DNA of 64,000 nucleotides from a virus (IMGVR_UViG_3300027777_000022), one strand, 5' to 3'; shown: positions 44,566-56,335, counted from the stretch's first letter. Numbers and translations are program-made. Notes: generated by a model not told the origin, from the letters alone.

Positions 44566-45336
44566 TTACATTCTTCCTACAACAATTTCTATTCTGCCAT
44601 TATCACCATTGAAGTGTTCTAGTGCTTTACCCAGCACAGTGCCCATTGCCGGAGTAGAACAGGCCTGAGCATACCCGTTACCAGCTGATATCATCATGTC
44701 ACCTTTGACCACAGGTCCATGCACCAAGGTTGGAACACGCCCAGTCAGTGCCACTATGGCTCTGTGATCAGCAGTGAGTCCGTTGTTCATTAAGTAGCTG
44801 GGTTTTTCAGATATCACCCCGGCTATCCTAGGATCACCCAACTGCCGAGACACGGTAACTTCTTTGTCGCCACCAAATACCACAACAGTACCTGGTGGAT
44901 AATCTGCATCAGCTTCGTACACTTCGGCCAAGTCAGCATACAATGCTGTAGTTGCTTGAGCAAATACACTGCCAAAATATGCACCAGTGGCGCCGATATT
45001 ACCCACACCATTGCCGGCGGCATTGTTGATGGCAGTTGCGGCGTTAATACTATTGACTGAGACTGATTTAGATACTATCAAGTTTGCACCGGTGATATCG
45101 CCGGTGACTGACACTGTGGTTCCTGCGTGAGTAGCTGCATTTACTGTACCGGTTGCACTTAAAGTTGTACCAGTGACTGTGCCTGTTGCAGACACTGTGG
45201 TGGCATTGGTGGTTATAAAAGCACCCAACGTGGTCACTGTTACCTTGTAAGTTGCACCAGAATAATCAACTGGGGCCACAGTGGCCCCATTAATGGTTAA
45301 AGTTTCTGCTAATCCTGATATACTTGTGGTTGCCAT
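44566..45336 (-). CDS. short tail-fibre-like protein with a C-terminal intramolecular-chaperone-like domain
   Basis: TVSATGTVTG repeats; ADLAEVY...PGTV...AGVIS..P..LMN...VALTGRVP...KGD...GKALE. Confidence 0.6.
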   Translation of the reverse strand: MATTSISGLAETLTINGATVAPVDYSGATYKVTVTTLGAFITTNATTVSATGTVTGTTLSATGTVNAATHAGTTVSVTGDITGANLIVSKSVSVNSINAATAINNAAGNGVGNIGATGAYFGSVFAQATTALYADLAEVYEADADYPPGTVVVFGGDKEVTVSRQLGDPRIAGVISEKPSYLMNNGLTADHRAIVALTGRVPTLVHGPVVKGDMMISAGNGYAQACSTPAMGTVLGKALEHFNGDNGRIEIVVGRM

Positions 45337-45346
45337 GCGTACTTCC

Positions 45347-45490
45347 TTAAATGGTAACTAATAGGAGACCGGACAACGTGGTAATATTAAACCCGTCAAC
45401 AAGAGTGATAATCTCAGAACCTGGTGGCGGCCCACCTTGGATACTCCAACCTCCTGCTATGCTCCAACCTCTTGCTATGTATACTGGCAT
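45347..45490 (-). CDS. small protein missing from the ORF track (MPVYIARGWSIAGGWSIQGG...LLLVTI, 47 aa)
   Basis: Translated by hand; fills the gap exactly, with RBS AAGGGA upstream. Confidence 0.6.
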   Translation of the reverse strand: MPVYIARGWSIAGGWSIQGGPPPGSEIITLVDGFNITTLSGLLLVTI

Positions 45491-45500
45491 TTTATTTCCC

Positions 45501-48500
45501 TTATAATCTTCCTACTACAATTTCTATCATGCCTTCAAGGCCAGTGAAATCTTCTAGTGATTTACCAATGATAGATCCTGTCAATGGATTTTCTTCTGCT
45601 CTGGCTCTGCCGTTACCGGCAGATACCATCATATCTCCTTTGGCCACATTTCCAAATACCAGAGTTGGAACACGACCAGTCAATGCTACTATGGCTCTGT
45701 GATCAACAGTGAGTCCGTTGTTCATTAAGTAGCTGGGTTTGTCAGATATCACCCCAGCCACACGACGACTTGAATCAACTGTGCTCATGGTGACTTCTTT
45801 GTTGCCACCGAATACCATAACAGTGCCCGGCGGGTAATCTGCATCAGCTTCGTACACTTCGGCCAAGTCAGCATACAATGCTGTGGTTGCTTGAGCATAT
45901 ACTTGATTGAAATATGCACCTGGGCCACCAATGCTGCCTATAGCATTGCCACCAGCATTTACAATTCCAGTTGCACCTCCACTACTATTTACAACCAATG
46001 CTCCTGTGATACTGAGGTTACCATTATTATCAAGTTTTGCTTTTTGAGTTGTGGTACTTGCTGCGCCAATGGTTCCTAAATACAGTACGTTTGTATCGCC
46101 AATTATCCATGGACCGCTGGCGGTAAATCTCAACTCAGTGTTGGCTGCGTTTAAAATCATTGGACCATTAACTGACAGCTTGAATCCTGCTGTTGCTGAT
46201 CCAACTATTAGATTACTAGCGGCTGTGATATTACCTGCTGATGATAAAGTGCCACCGGTTATGGTACCTGTGCCCGAAATTGCGCCGCCTGACCCAGTTG
46301 TGACAATACCAGAAGATGTAAGGTTTCCAGTCACAGATACTGCGGTACCCAGCAGACTTGCTCCAAGTATATTACCACCTGCACTGGTATATCCTGTGGA
46401 TATTAAATTACCACCAGCATTGATGTTACCCCCAGCTGACAGGGTAGTACCAGCTGTCACAGCACCAGTGGTACTGGTAAATCCTGTAACTGTCAATCCA
46501 CCGGTGCTGAACACAGCTATATTACCAGCACCACCAATTGTGACATTTGCATTGCCGCCCGGTGCACCAATATTGGCTTCAGATGTACCATTAACAATTT
46601 TGGTACTAACACCTTGCACACCCTGTGCACCAGTTACACCTTGAGTGCCTTGTGCGCCAGTGGTACCTTGCGCACCTTGAGCTACCGCAGATCCATCACG
46701 GCCTTGTACACCTTGCACCCCTTGTACGCCCTGCCCAGCGTATGCACCGCTAATACCTTGAACGCCTTGCACGCCCTGCACACCTTGACCAGCGTATATA
46801 CCTGCAAGACCTTGTACACCCTGAACACCCTGAACGCCTTGCGTACCTTGGGCAACAGCAGCACCATCACGCCCCTGAACACCCTGAACGCCTTGCGTAC
46901 CTTGGGCAACAGCAGCACCATCACGCCCTTGTACACCTTGAATGCCTTGAACACCTTGTACACCTTGAGCGCCAGTTGTGCCTTGGGCGCTGATATTACC
47001 TTGTGCTCCGGACACACCTTGTGTGCCTTGAACACCTTGTACACCTTGAGCGCCAGTTGTGCCTTGGGCGCTGATATTACCTTGTGCTCCGGACACACCT
47101 TGAATGCCTTGAACACCTTGTACACCTTGAGCGCCAGTTGTGCCTTGGGCGCTGATATTACCTTGTGCTCCGGACACACCTTGTGTACCCTGTACACCCT
47201 GTACACCTTGTGCAGCCTGCACACCTTGTCTACCTTGTACACCTTGTGTACCCTGTGCGGCTTGTATAGCCGCTATGCCTTGTACGCCTTGTGTACCTTG
47301 TGCAGCCTGCACACCTTGCACACCTTGCACACCTTGAGTACCTTGAGAAGCTTGTATAGCCGCTATGCCTTGTGTGCCTTGTGTACCTTGAGCAGCTTGT
47401 ACACCTTGCACACCTTGTGTACCCTGTGCGGCTTGTATAGCCGCTATGCCTTGTACGCCTTGTGTGCCTTGTGTGCCTTGTGTGCCTTGTGCAGCTTGAA
47501 CGCCTTGTGTGCCTTGTGTGCCTTGAGAGGCTTGTATAGCCGCTATGCCTTGTACGCCTTGTGTGCCTTGTGTGCCCTGTGCAGCTTGAACGCCTTGTAC
47601 ACCTTGTACACCTTGTGTACCTTGAACGCCTTGAGTACCTTGTGCGGCTTGTACACCTTGAACGCCTTGAACGCCTTGAACTCCTTGAGAAGCTTGTATA
47701 GCCGCTATGCCTTGTGTGCCTTGTGTGCCTTGTGTGCCTTGTGCAGCTTGTACACCTTGTACGCCTTGTACACCTTGTACACCTTGTGTACCTTGCGCAG
47801 CTTGTACACCCTGAACACCTTGAACGCCTTGAACGCCTTGAGTACCTTGAGAAGCTTGTATAGCCGCTATGCCTTGTGTGCCTTGTGTGCCTTGTGTGCC
47901 TTGTGCAGCTTGTACACCTTGTACGCCTTGTACACCTTGTACACCTTGTGTACCTTGCGCAGCTTGTACACCCTGAACACCTTGAACGCCTTGAACGCCT
48001 TGAGTACCTTGAGAAGCTTGTATAGCCGCTATGCCTTGTGTGCCTTGTGTGCCTTGTGTGCCTTGTGCAGCTTGTACACCTTGTACGCCTTGTACACCTT
48101 GTACACCTTGTGTACCTTGCGCAGCTTGTACACCCTGAACACCTTGAACGCCTTGAACGCCTTGAGTACCTTGTGCGGCTTGTATAGCCGCTATGCCTTG
48201 TGTGCCTTGAGTGCCTTGTGTGCCTTGTGTGCCTTGAACGCCTTGTACACCTTGTACACCTTGCCGGCCTTGTACACCTTGAACGCCTTGTGCAGCTTGT
48301 ACACCTTGTACACCTTGTACACCTTGAACGCCTTGAACACCTTGAGTACCTTGAGTACCTTGTGCGGCTTGTACACCTTGAACGCCTTGTACACCTTGTG
48401 TGCCTTGGGAAGCTTGGATGGCTGCTATGCCTTGTGTGCCTTGAGTGCCTTGTGCAGCTTGAACGCCTTGAACACCTTGACCGCCTTGAACGCCTTGAAC

Positions 48501-51296
48501 GCCTTGAACGCCTTGAACGCCTTGAACGCCTTGTGCGGCTTGTACACCTTGTACGCCTTGTACACCTTGCACGCCTTGTGTGCCTTGCGCAGCTTGTACA
48601 CCCTGAACACCTTGAACGCCTTGAACACCTTGTGTGCCTTGAGAAGCTTGGATAGCCGCTATGCCTTGTGTGCCTTGTGTGCCTTGTGTGCCTTGTGCAG
48701 CTTGTACGCCTTGTACACCTTGTCGGCCTTGTACACCTTGTGTACCTTGCGCAGCTTGTACACCCTGAACACCTTGAACGCCTTGAACGCCTTGAGTACC
48801 TTGTGCGGCTTGGATAGCCGCTATGCCTTGTGTGCCTTGTGTACCTTGTGTGCCTTGTGCAGCTTGTACACCTTGTACGCCTTGTACACCTTGAACTCCT
48901 TGAACGCCTTGAGTACCTTGTGCAGCTTGCACACCTTGAACGCCTTGAACGCCTTGAGTGCCTTGAGAAGCTTGTATAGCCGCTATGCCTTGTGTGCCTT
49001 GAGTGCCTTGTGTGCCTTGTGTGCCTTGTACACCTTGAACGCCTTGTACACCCTGAACGCCTTGTCGGCCTTGTACACCTTGCACGCCTTGAGTACCTTG
49101 TGCGGCTTGAACGCCTTGCACACCTTGCACGCCTTGTGTGCCTTGTGTGCCTTGTGCGGCTTGAACGCCTTGTACACCTTGCACGCCTTGAATGCCTTGA
49201 GAAGCTTGGATGGCTGCTATGCCTTGTGTGCCTTGAGTGCCTTGTGCAGCTTGAACGCCTTGAACACCTTGTACACCCTGAACGCCTTGAACACCCTGAG
49301 TACCCTGAGTACCTTGAGCGGCTTGCACACCCTGAACGCCTTGTACACCCTGAACACCCTGCACACCCTGAACACCTTGAGCACCGGTTACACCTTGTGT
49401 ACCTTGACCGCCTTGAACACCTTGTGTGCCTTGTGCGGCTTGGATAGCTGCTATGCCTTGTACACCTTGTGTACCTTGTGCGGCTTGAACACCCTGCACA
49501 CCTTGTGTGCCTTGTAAACCTGCTGCTACAAAAGTCCATGCAGAGAATGGACCTGCCACCCCGCCACTATTAGTAGATGTGAATGTCAATGTACTGGCAA
49601 TAAAGTCAGTGATTGATCCTTCCATAAAGTTGGCAGGTGCGGCAGTATTGAATACTCGGACTCGTTGTCCAACTGTGAATGCGGTGGCAGTATTTGCCAA
49701 ATTAGTTGCAAACGAGTATACACTATTATCAGAAATAGTAGCAGTTGAGCTGGAAGTTAATCCTGCATAGCCCAACCCAATTACGCCTTGTACGCCTTGT
49801 CGACCTTGTACACCTTGTGTTCCTTGTGCGGCTTGTACGCCCTGCAGACCAAGTACACCTTGTGTGCCTTGTGCAGCTTGTACACCTTGTACACCTTGAA
49901 CGCCTTGTGTACCTTGTACGCCTTGCACACCTTGTGTGCCTTGCGCGGCTTGAACACCTTGTACACCTTGTACACCTTGTGTGCCTTGAGAAGCTTGGAT
50001 GGCTGCTATGCCTTGTGTGCCTTGAGTGCCTTGTGCAGCTTGAACGCCTTGTACACCTTGTCGGCCCTGTACGCCTTGTGTGCCTTGTGCGGCTTGTACA
50101 CCTTGAACACCTTGAACACCTTGAACACCTTGTGCGGCCTGGGCGCCTTGCAGACCAATTACACCTTGAGTACCTTGTGCGGCTTGTATACCTTGAACAC
50201 CTTGAACACCTTGACGGCCCTGTACGCCTTGAGTACCTTGTGCAGCTTGCACACCTTGCGTGCCTTGAGCGCCAGTTGTACCTTGTGCGCCAGTTCTGCC
50301 CTGTACACCTTGTACACCCTGTACACCTGATGCTATATTAGTAATTAAACTGCCGTCACCTATAAAATATCCCGATGTACTGATATTACCAGCAGCAGAA
50401 ACTTTTCCTCCAGTGGTTAAATTGCCAGCAATCACATTGCCGGTTGATGAAACCGTACCAGTTACCACAGCCACATTTGTAGCGTAATCAAAAGTAAATC
50501 CTGTAGCTGCACCAGCAAAGCCTTGGTTGTTAAACAGCACTTGCGTATTAGAACCGGGCACAACAATACAGCCAGTGATACTGCCAGCAAATAATCCAAC
50601 AAAATATCCGTCGGTATAGATATTAGCTGTGGCTGATATTTCACCAGCGGTGGTCAAATTGCCACCTCTCACATTACCTTGGGCAGAGATATTGCCGGTA
50701 ACGCTGACTGATTGGCCAGTGAAGCTGGATGTGTTCACTATGGTGGTAAACATGCCGTTGTTGGCAGTGACATTGCCAGTAACATCAACTGATCCACCAA
50801 CTGTTAGTCCTTGCTCAACATTCAACCCATCTTCTATGGTGACAAAACTTGAGTCATTGGACCTAATGCTGTTGGTCACAATCTGTGGTACTGTGACTGT
50901 ACCACTTAGATCAAGTCCTGCAGGAGTAAACACAGCTATGTTTAGTGTTCCGCCAACACTCACGGTAATATCGCCGCTGGCCACAGGAATACTAATATTT
51001 GATGTACCGTTAGAGATACTGTTGGAAATTGCAACAACACCGGTTAGACTTGCGCCATTACCAAAGAAATAACTGCCTGTGATATTGCCCGAAGCTGAAA
51101 CTGATACCACACTGATAGCATTGGTCCAAACTCTGACTCCATCTGTGCCCAGTCTCAGCAGATCGTTAGGACTGTAACCGTTACCAAGATTTGGTTCAGC
51201 TTGATTCAGTCCCAGAAACTGGTAACGATCTGCGGTAAGGTTTCCTAAATCGGTTACCGGGACCCGGCCACTGATAAGTCTAATTGATGAACTCAT
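45501..51296 (-). CDS. 1931-aa collagen-like long tail fibre with a C-terminal chaperone-like domain
   Basis: About 1.2k residues of in-register (G/A)-X-Q triplets flanked by beta-rich domains; same C-terminal domain as 44566..45336. Confidence 0.8.
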   Translation of the reverse strand: MSSSIRLISGRVPVTDLGNLTADRYQFLGLNQAEPNLGNGYSPNDLLRLGTDGVRVWTNAISVVSVSASGNITGSYFFGNGASLTGVVAISNSISNGTSNISIPVASGDITVSVGGTLNIAVFTPAGLDLSGTVTVPQIVTNSIRSNDSSFVTIEDGLNVEQGLTVGGSVDVTGNVTANNGMFTTIVNTSSFTGQSVSVTGNISAQGNVRGGNLTTAGEISATANIYTDGYFVGLFAGSITGCIVVPGSNTQVLFNNQGFAGAATGFTFDYATNVAVVTGTVSSTGNVIAGNLTTGGKVSAAGNISTSGYFIGDGSLITNIASGVQGVQGVQGRTGAQGTTGAQGTQGVQAAQGTQGVQGRQGVQGVQGIQAAQGTQGVIGLQGAQAAQGVQGVQGVQGVQAAQGTQGVQGRQGVQGVQAAQGTQGTQGIAAIQASQGTQGVQGVQGVQAAQGTQGVQGVQGTQGVQGVQGVQAAQGTQGVLGLQGVQAAQGTQGVQGRQGVQGVIGLGYAGLTSSSTATISDNSVYSFATNLANTATAFTVGQRVRVFNTAAPANFMEGSITDFIASTLTFTSTNSGGVAGPFSAWTFVAAGLQGTQGVQGVQAAQGTQGVQGIAAIQAAQGTQGVQGGQGTQGVTGAQGVQGVQGVQGVQGVQGVQAAQGTQGTQGVQGVQGVQGVQGVQAAQGTQGTQGIAAIQASQGIQGVQGVQGVQAAQGTQGTQGVQGVQGVQAAQGTQGVQGVQGRQGVQGVQGVQGVQGTQGTQGTQGTQGIAAIQASQGTQGVQGVQGVQAAQGTQGVQGVQGVQGVQGVQAAQGTQGTQGTQGIAAIQAAQGTQGVQGVQGVQGVQAAQGTQGVQGRQGVQGVQAAQGTQGTQGTQGIAAIQASQGTQGVQGVQGVQGVQAAQGTQGVQGVQGVQGVQAAQGVQGVQGVQGVQGVQGGQGVQGVQAAQGTQGTQGIAAIQASQGTQGVQGVQGVQAAQGTQGTQGVQGVQGVQGVQGVQAAQGVQGVQGRQGVQGVQGVQGTQGTQGTQGTQGIAAIQAAQGTQGVQGVQGVQGVQAAQGTQGVQGVQGVQGVQAAQGTQGTQGTQGIAAIQASQGTQGVQGVQGVQGVQAAQGTQGVQGVQGVQGVQAAQGTQGTQGTQGIAAIQASQGTQGVQGVQGVQGVQAAQGTQGVQGVQGVQGVQAAQGTQGTQGTQGIAAIQASQGVQGVQGVQGVQAAQGTQGVQGTQGVQGVQGVQAAQGTQGTQGVQGIAAIQASQGTQGTQGVQAAQGTQGTQGTQGVQGIAAIQAAQGTQGVQGVQAAQGTQGTQGIAAIQASQGTQGVQGVQGVQAAQGTQGVQGIAAIQAAQGTQGVQGRQGVQAAQGVQGVQGTQGVSGAQGNISAQGTTGAQGVQGVQGIQGVSGAQGNISAQGTTGAQGVQGVQGTQGVSGAQGNISAQGTTGAQGVQGVQGIQGVQGRDGAAVAQGTQGVQGVQGRDGAAVAQGTQGVQGVQGVQGLAGIYAGQGVQGVQGVQGISGAYAGQGVQGVQGVQGRDGSAVAQGAQGTTGAQGTQGVTGAQGVQGVSTKIVNGTSEANIGAPGGNANVTIGGAGNIAVFSTGGLTVTGFTSTTGAVTAGTTLSAGGNINAGGNLISTGYTSAGGNILGASLLGTAVSVTGNLTSSGIVTTGSGGAISGTGTITGGTLSSAGNITAASNLIVGSATAGFKLSVNGPMILNAANTELRFTASGPWIIGDTNVLYLGTIGAASTTTQKAKLDNNGNLSITGALVVNSSGGATGIVNAGGNAIGSIGGPGAYFNQVYAQATTALYADLAEVYEADADYPPGTVMVFGGNKEVTMSTVDSSRRVAGVISDKPSYLMNNGLTVDHRAIVALTGRVPTLVFGNVAKGDMMVSAGNGRARAEENPLTGSIIGKSLEDFTGLEGMIEIVVGRL
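46610..50330 (-). repeat. 9-bp-period collagen-coding tandem repeats (e.g. GGTGTACAA / GGCGTTCAA / GGCACACAA), in two blocks split by a non-repeat insert at about 49520-49790
   Basis: Visible repeats; higher-order units GIAAIQASQ and [12 protein letters not shown]. Confidence 0.95.
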
Positions 51297-51303
51297 TCTA
51301 ACT

Positions 51304-51639
51304 TTATCCTGTCGATGTTTCTAACACACTCAATACCAATTGAGAAGAGTCGGTAACGTTGGCGCCTGCTGCAAAACTATCTCCAACTTGCAAGATCAAT
51401 CGCCCACCCACTAAACTTATTGCGTCATTTGGCGGTAATTTTGCTGATCGCACCAGAGACACGTTGTTTCCAGTTGATTTATGTATGTTACCGCTTACTG
51501 TCAGGATACCACCGGTGAGATTACTAACCTGTGCTAGCAAAACCACTGCGCTGTATCCTTGTGGTGCTGTATATACGTTGGCTATACTGCTGGTTAGATT
51601 TGCTGTTATGGTTCTAAAATTATTTAATGCTGCTGCCAT
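51304..51639 (-). CDS. small structural protein
   Basis: Beta-rich 111-aa ORF between fibre genes; RBS AAGGAA. Confidence 0.6.
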   Translation of the reverse strand: MAAALNNFRTITANLTSSIANVYTAPQGYSAVVLLAQVSNLTGGILTVSGNIHKSTGNNVSLVRSAKLPPNDAISLVGGRLILQVGDSFAAGANVTDSSQLVLSVLETSTG

Positions 51640-51659
51640 GTTTATTCCTTAACTATTAC

Positions 51660-54116
51660 TTATGGCACTTCTTGTAGAGCCAAAATGTACGGGGTCATGA
51701 TCGCAAACAAGGATCTATAAAAGTCATCCCCGCTTACTGTTCCTGTGGCCTGATTGACTGTAAAGCCCTTGCCTACTCTAAAATTACCCTTTTGATCAGT
51801 ACTGGTAAATGTGACCACACCACCATTGGCAGTGACCACTTCATTTGCCGGCACAGGTATTCCACCATACTGTGGCAATGCTGTGGCTGGATCATTACCT
51901 GCACCCACATATTCAAACGTGTGTGCGCTGGCAATAATGGCACTGCGTGTATAGAATTCTACATTGGTGTCAGCCACCAAATTGGCTGTGTAAACTTCTT
52001 GTATGATCACAGTAGCATTACCCACGGCCGGGGTGTCTTTAATTATAGTATCAATGGTATAATATTTCAAAGGAAATAAATTTACTCTCCAAGAACTATA
52101 TGTTCCTGATCCTTCCGTGCCAGTTACATCTACAACCAATGCACCCGAGCTATCATTATATGACACTACAGTTCCAGTCATGAAATTGGTTGCATTATAG
52201 GCTATGATCACAGTCTGCCCTGCTGAATACTTTAAGTTAATTCCAATGGTCAACGCAGCCACCTGTACTGCAATGGTAAGTGTGTTGCTACTGGTGGTAG
52301 AATACTGTTTATCATTGATAAACATCACGGTGTTCACGTGAGGGTTTCCATTGGTCAGTTGGCCTATTACAAAAGTACCACCTATGCTGTCTCCTATTGT
52401 GTTTCCCGAAGTTTGCAACGGGCCAATACCGGTGGCCACAAGACCATAGGTACCAATAGAGCAGTCTGAACCATTCAGTGTACAGAATGCACCGCTTTGT
52501 GCTCTGATACCAATTTCTGTGCCAATGGTGTAAATGTTAACCAACTGACTGTATGCGCTGTTTGATAAATCTATACCAATACCACCCTTGTTGATAATGG
52601 TGTAGAAGCCCACAATCATGGCCTTGGTACTGGTAGAGCTGACTTTGCTGCCATCAATACGCACACCAGTTCCCGTGGTGGTATACGAAGTGATATTTTG
52701 TATGTAAGGGCTGGTATACACATTGTTAGCAGACCCGTCGGGATTGTAAGAAAATGCAGCACCAAGATAATCTCTAACTGTGATTCCCCAAACGTACACA
52801 GCATTGGTCATGTAGAACAAGTCACCAGCTGGATTTGCTGGAATTACCGATACTGTACGCAGATTATCTCCCATGAGGGCCGTTTTGGGAGGAATAGTCA
52901 CAGGATTATCTTCTACATAAGTTCCCGATGCTATACGGATGGCAGTGCCTGGACCATATGCTGCGGCAGCGGTACATGCACGTTTGATAGTAAGGAATGG
53001 AGTATTCAATCCGCCGTCATTGCTGTCGCTGCCGTTCTTGGCCACGTACCAAGTTTGTGATACCGATGGTATGGGCCCTAGGATATTACCACTGGCGCTG
53101 AGTATGCTGGTATTGATTCGCTGTGACAAGATTAGGTCAACAGCCAGTTCGGTGTCAATGGTAACCGAAGCTGAGAATCTTGTGTCGGGAGTGACTGTGA
53201 TTTGACTGCTGTCTGGGGAATCAATTAGAGTGGTAAAAATATTACCATACACTCCTTGATCGCCCACAATGGTATTACCTTGAACAGTATTAACACCTAC
53301 AATGTTACCACCAATCACATTGCCAGTTGCACTGACAGTAGTTCCAGTAACTGTGCCAGTTGCACTGACAGTAGTTCCAGTCACTGTGCCGCTTGCGCTG
53401 ACTGTGGTTCCAGAAACTGTGCCAGTTGCACTGACAGTAGTTCCAGTCACTGTGCCGCTTGCGCTGACTGTGGTTCCAGAAACTGTGCCAGTTGCACTGA
53501 GAGTGGTTCCAGTAACGGTGCCGGTTACATTCAGTCCAGTTGTGGTGAATACTGCTACATTTGATACACCTGCAATTGTGACATTGGCATTACCGTCTGA
53601 CGCTCCAAACCCCAAGAAGCTACTGCCATAAGATATAGAATTTCTAGTGATATTACCTGATATTGTGGCATTGCCTGTTACACTAAGATCACCATAAACA
53701 GTTACCTTACGGTCTGCCACGCCCAACGTGAGATTTCCGTTTGCTGTGGTGTTTACATTGCCATTTGGTGTTGGGATGGTTACACTACTGTTACCACTTC
53801 TTATGGAAACATCAGTTAGGTAGTACCCATTACCTACAAAATTTGTCAGTGCAACTACGTTACCAACGGCTGTTAAATTACTACCAGTTACTCCAGAGGG
53901 ATTTATGACCATCACATTAGGCACATCCCCTACCATTGTGTAGATGGCACCATTCGCATAAGGAATGTTTATATTGCTGGTGCCATTGGAGATTTTGGTA
54001 GTACCAAACTGTTGTAGTTGGGCAAAATTGTTGTTTATTTTTATATACGCAGTGCGTAATGGGTCACCTGTGCCATCATCGGGCTCGGCGCCAACATAAA
54101 CATATTCATAGGTCAT
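51660..54116 (-). CDS. tail fibre/spike with a T4 gp9/gp10-like N-terminus and a beta-helix (pectin-lyase-like) domain
   Basis: GAEPDDGTGDPLRTAY.KINNNF; 11-aa TVSGTTVSASG repeats; WYVAKNGSDSNDG..TPFLTIKRA...I..G.YVE. Confidence 0.7.
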   Translation of the reverse strand: MTYEYVYVGAEPDDGTGDPLRTAYIKINNNFAQLQQFGTTKISNGTSNINIPYANGAIYTMVGDVPNVMVINPSGVTGSNLTAVGNVVALTNFVGNGYYLTDVSIRSGNSSVTIPTPNGNVNTTANGNLTLGVADRKVTVYGDLSVTGNATISGNITRNSISYGSSFLGFGASDGNANVTIAGVSNVAVFTTTGLNVTGTVTGTTLSATGTVSGTTVSASGTVTGTTVSATGTVSGTTVSASGTVTGTTVSATGTVTGTTVSATGNVIGGNIVGVNTVQGNTIVGDQGVYGNIFTTLIDSPDSSQITVTPDTRFSASVTIDTELAVDLILSQRINTSILSASGNILGPIPSVSQTWYVAKNGSDSNDGGLNTPFLTIKRACTAAAAYGPGTAIRIASGTYVEDNPVTIPPKTALMGDNLRTVSVIPANPAGDLFYMTNAVYVWGITVRDYLGAAFSYNPDGSANNVYTSPYIQNITSYTTTGTGVRIDGSKVSSTSTKAMIVGFYTIINKGGIGIDLSNSAYSQLVNIYTIGTEIGIRAQSGAFCTLNGSDCSIGTYGLVATGIGPLQTSGNTIGDSIGGTFVIGQLTNGNPHVNTVMFINDKQYSTTSSNTLTIAVQVAALTIGINLKYSAGQTVIIAYNATNFMTGTVVSYNDSSGALVVDVTGTEGSGTYSSWRVNLFPLKYYTIDTIIKDTPAVGNATVIIQEVYTANLVADTNVEFYTRSAIIASAHTFEYVGAGNDPATALPQYGGIPVPANEVVTANGGVVTFTSTDQKGNFRVGKGFTVNQATGTVSGDDFYRSLFAIMTPYILALQEVP

Positions 54117-54169
54117 AGATACATATCCTCTGGTGTATTTACCAGAGCTGCGTATCTATGTCTATCAGT

Positions 54170-54490
54170 CTAAACGGAGAAGCTTGATCCGCAGCCGCAG
54201 GTACTGGCCGCAGTGGGATTGTTGATTACAAAGCTGGAACCCATGACATCTTCACGATAATCAATGGTAGATCCTTGTAGATATTGCATACTCATGGCAT
54301 CTACTACCACACTAACTTCCTCGTAATTGAAGTCAAAATCGTCCTCGTTTTGCACTTCATCAAAGGTGAATCCGTAACTGAATCCTGAACATCCACCGCC
54401 TTGCACAAACACTCGCAGCTTGAGTGCAGGGTTGGCTTCTTCGGCAATGAGTTCTCGCAGTTTGGCAACTGCGCCTGGTTCTAGTTTCAT
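54170..54490 (-). CDS. erpA: A-type Fe-S cluster carrier (ErpA/IscA, HesB family)
   Basis: [43 protein letters not shown]. Confidence 0.9.
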   Translation of the reverse strand: MKLEPGAVAKLRELIAEEANPALKLRVFVQGGGCSGFSYGFTFDEVQNEDDFDFNYEEVSVVVDAMSMQYLQGSTIDYREDVMGSSFVINNPTAASTCGCGSSFSV

Positions 54491-54502
54491 AATATGATCC
54501 GT

Positions 54503-55045
54503 TTACAGTCTATCTGAGCACACATCCCAGTTGATAATGCGCCAGATATTGTTGAGATATTTCTCTTTTTCCCACTGGTAGTCTGTGGCCCACACATGCT
54601 CCCACCAGTCAATGAGTACGCAGATATCTGTACGCACAGCATGATTTTTGATGGTTTTGATTTCACCACCAGTACTCAGATACACCCAACCTGATCCTTG
54701 GATCTTCATGGCCACTTCTTTCACAGCATCTTGAAATGCCTCGTAACTTTTGAATTTTCTTTCTATCAGTTCCAGTACAGCACCTCTTGGTCGATTTGTG
54801 CCTCTGGGTGGTTGCAATTGTGGGAAGAATTTGTTGTGTAAAAAGCTACCAGCACGATTGAAATCTGGATCACCTTCGCCGGCATTGTAACGTTTGGCAT
54901 ATCCTGTGGCTAAATGTCCGTAATGATAGTTGATACTGTCTGCACTCAGTACAGGCGCCAAATCATCAGGCGAATAGGGAAGGGGTGTAGTTTCTAATTT
55001 TGCCGGTCTGGTACTGGCTTCTACAAGATCAATATGTTCACGCAT
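54503..55045 (-). CDS. Fe/Mn superoxide dismutase with a short acidic N-terminal leader
   Basis: LPY..DDLAP, YHY, HNKFF, GSGW, DWWEH retain the H/H/D/H metal ligands; N-terminus MREHIDLVE. Confidence 0.85.
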   Translation of the reverse strand: MREHIDLVEASTRPAKLETTPLPYSPDDLAPVLSADSINYHYGHLATGYAKRYNAGEGDPDFNRAGSFLHNKFFPQLQPPRGTNRPRGAVLELIERKFKSYEAFQDAVKEVAMKIQGSGWVYLSTGGEIKTIKNHAVRTDICVLIDWWEHVWATDYQWEKEKYLNNIWRIINWDVCSDRL

Positions 55046-55053
55046 GTAAGTAT

Positions 55054-55272
55054 TTAGCGGCGTCGCGTGATACGACCTCTGGTGAGATCGTAGGGCGAAA
55101 ACTCAATCAACACACGATCCCCCAGCAAGATCTTGATATCATGCTTGCGCATACGGCCAGAGATATAGCCGATAACTGGGTTATTTACACCATCTAACTG
55201 GATACGGAACATGGTATTAGGCAGGACTTCTAACACCTTGCCTTCTAATTCTAGAGTTTCTTCTTTTGCCAT
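55054..55272 (-). CDS. infA: translation initiation factor IF-1
   Basis: MAKEE..E.EG.V.E.LPN.MFR..L....[27 protein letters not shown]. Confidence 0.95.
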   Translation of the reverse strand: MAKEETLELEGKVLEVLPNTMFRIQLDGVNNPVIGYISGRMRKHDIKILLGDRVLIEFSPYDLTRGRITRRR

Positions 55273-55283
55273 TAACCTATTAC

Positions 55284-55685
55284 TTAGCTGAAACTAATTT
55301 CAGCTGTGATCTTCTGAAGCCGATCAAATCGGAAACTGCGCCACTCTGCTTTTTGCAAATCATATACCCTGATACTGTGCGGATCTGGTTCTTTTCGTGG
55401 CTTTTGGCTTTCGGTCAAGCCATCCACATTTGCGGTGCTGGTGTTGACCACTGTGGCTGGAGCAGGTTTTGCAGGAATACGATTACTGTCCAGGGTGCAT
55501 AGCATTTCGCGCACAGTGCCGTCGGCCTTGACAAACTGCACGGTGACTTCGGAGTTTGTGAGCAGCCCTTTGACCCAATTGCGCATGAGCAACTTGCCGT
55601 CATCGTCTGCTTCTTGATAATGTGTGCCCGGCTGGCCTTTCAGCAGTCGAAACACTTCGTTCTTTTCCCAATCCATTGTATCCAT
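55284..55685 (-). CDS. WYL_2/SH3-like phage protein
   Basis: [17 protein letters not shown] and VYDL...EWRSFR. Confidence 0.65.
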   Translation of the reverse strand: MDTMDWEKNEVFRLLKGQPGTHYQEADDDGKLLMRNWVKGLLTNSEVTVQFVKADGTVREMLCTLDSNRIPAKPAPATVVNTSTANVDGLTESQKPRKEPDPHSIRVYDLQKAEWRSFRFDRLQKITAEISFS

Positions 55686-55706
55686 AAGTTCTCCTTTTAA
55701 AAATTT

Positions 55707-55961
55707 CTACGACCACTTTAGCAAAAATAAAGTAGCATCTCTAGCTTCCTTGAAAGCAATCTGGCCATCCCACAAATGATATTCTCCGCAGTGGGTTTCT
55801 ACCCAGTCTGTTACTGTATTATTAAGCAGGTGAGGAATGTACCATGGATGAGATATTTTAACAATAGTCCACCCCCGGGCTGTGTACAACACCTCGGTAT
55901 CAATACTGTCAGCCAGGTCCTTGGCCAGTATATCAAGATATTTGTGTTCTATATCCATCAT
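55707..55961 (-). CDS. tandem paralog family member 5 (C-terminal F..A.D..LFLLKWS)
   Basis: Shared C-terminus; ATGA-coupled start. Confidence 0.6.
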   Translation of the reverse strand: MMDIEHKYLDILAKDLADSIDTEVLYTARGWTIVKISHPWYIPHLLNNTVTDWVETHCGEYHLWDGQIAFKEARDATLFLLKWS

Positions 55962-56335
55962 GACCATTTCAATGCTGCTATTGTAGCATACTTCTCATGC
56001 TTGCGTCTAATCTTTATGGTCAACCGATTCTTGGTAGCATCCGTATTGGCCATGCCCCAGTTCCAATCCCAACCTTGTTTGCCCACATGCTCTTCCAACC
56101 AAGGACGATAGAAGTCGTTGGGATCTGCACTTTCAACATATTCAAAATAATTACCTATGCCATTCCATCCAAGCCTATGACTGGGACCAACTCGAATTTG
56201 TCCTTTAGGCCACTTTACATTGATTACAACACCAGGCATGAATCTCCACCAAAGTTTATCTTTGAGATTAAGTCCGCACGGCACAAACTGACCATGATTA
56301 AAGAAGAACAATCCGTTGATTTCACTACGGCTCAT
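55958..56335 (-). CDS. tandem paralog family member 4 (ends AALKWS)
   Basis: Shared WS-stop end; ATGA-coupled start at MSRSEING. Confidence 0.6.
   Translation of the reverse strand: MSRSEINGLFFFNHGQFVPCGLNLKDKLWWRFMPGVVINVKWPKGQIRVGPSHRLGWNGIGNYFEYVESADPNDFYRPWLEEHVGKQGWDWNWGMANTDATKNRLTIKIRRKHEKYATIAALKWS

Noticed and set aside
46610-50330. Repeat block as a CRISPR array or DGR
   Set aside because: There are no unique spacers between constant repeats, no cas or reverse transcriptase genes and no A-specific variation; the repeats are in-frame coding.
46614-50341. Very long alternative-frame ORFs (46614..49517 +, 47230..49539 -, and many short ones)
   Set aside because: These are shadows of the 9-bp collagen repeat, which lacks stops in those frames; they have no RBS and the products are implausible Cys/Leu or Arg repeats.
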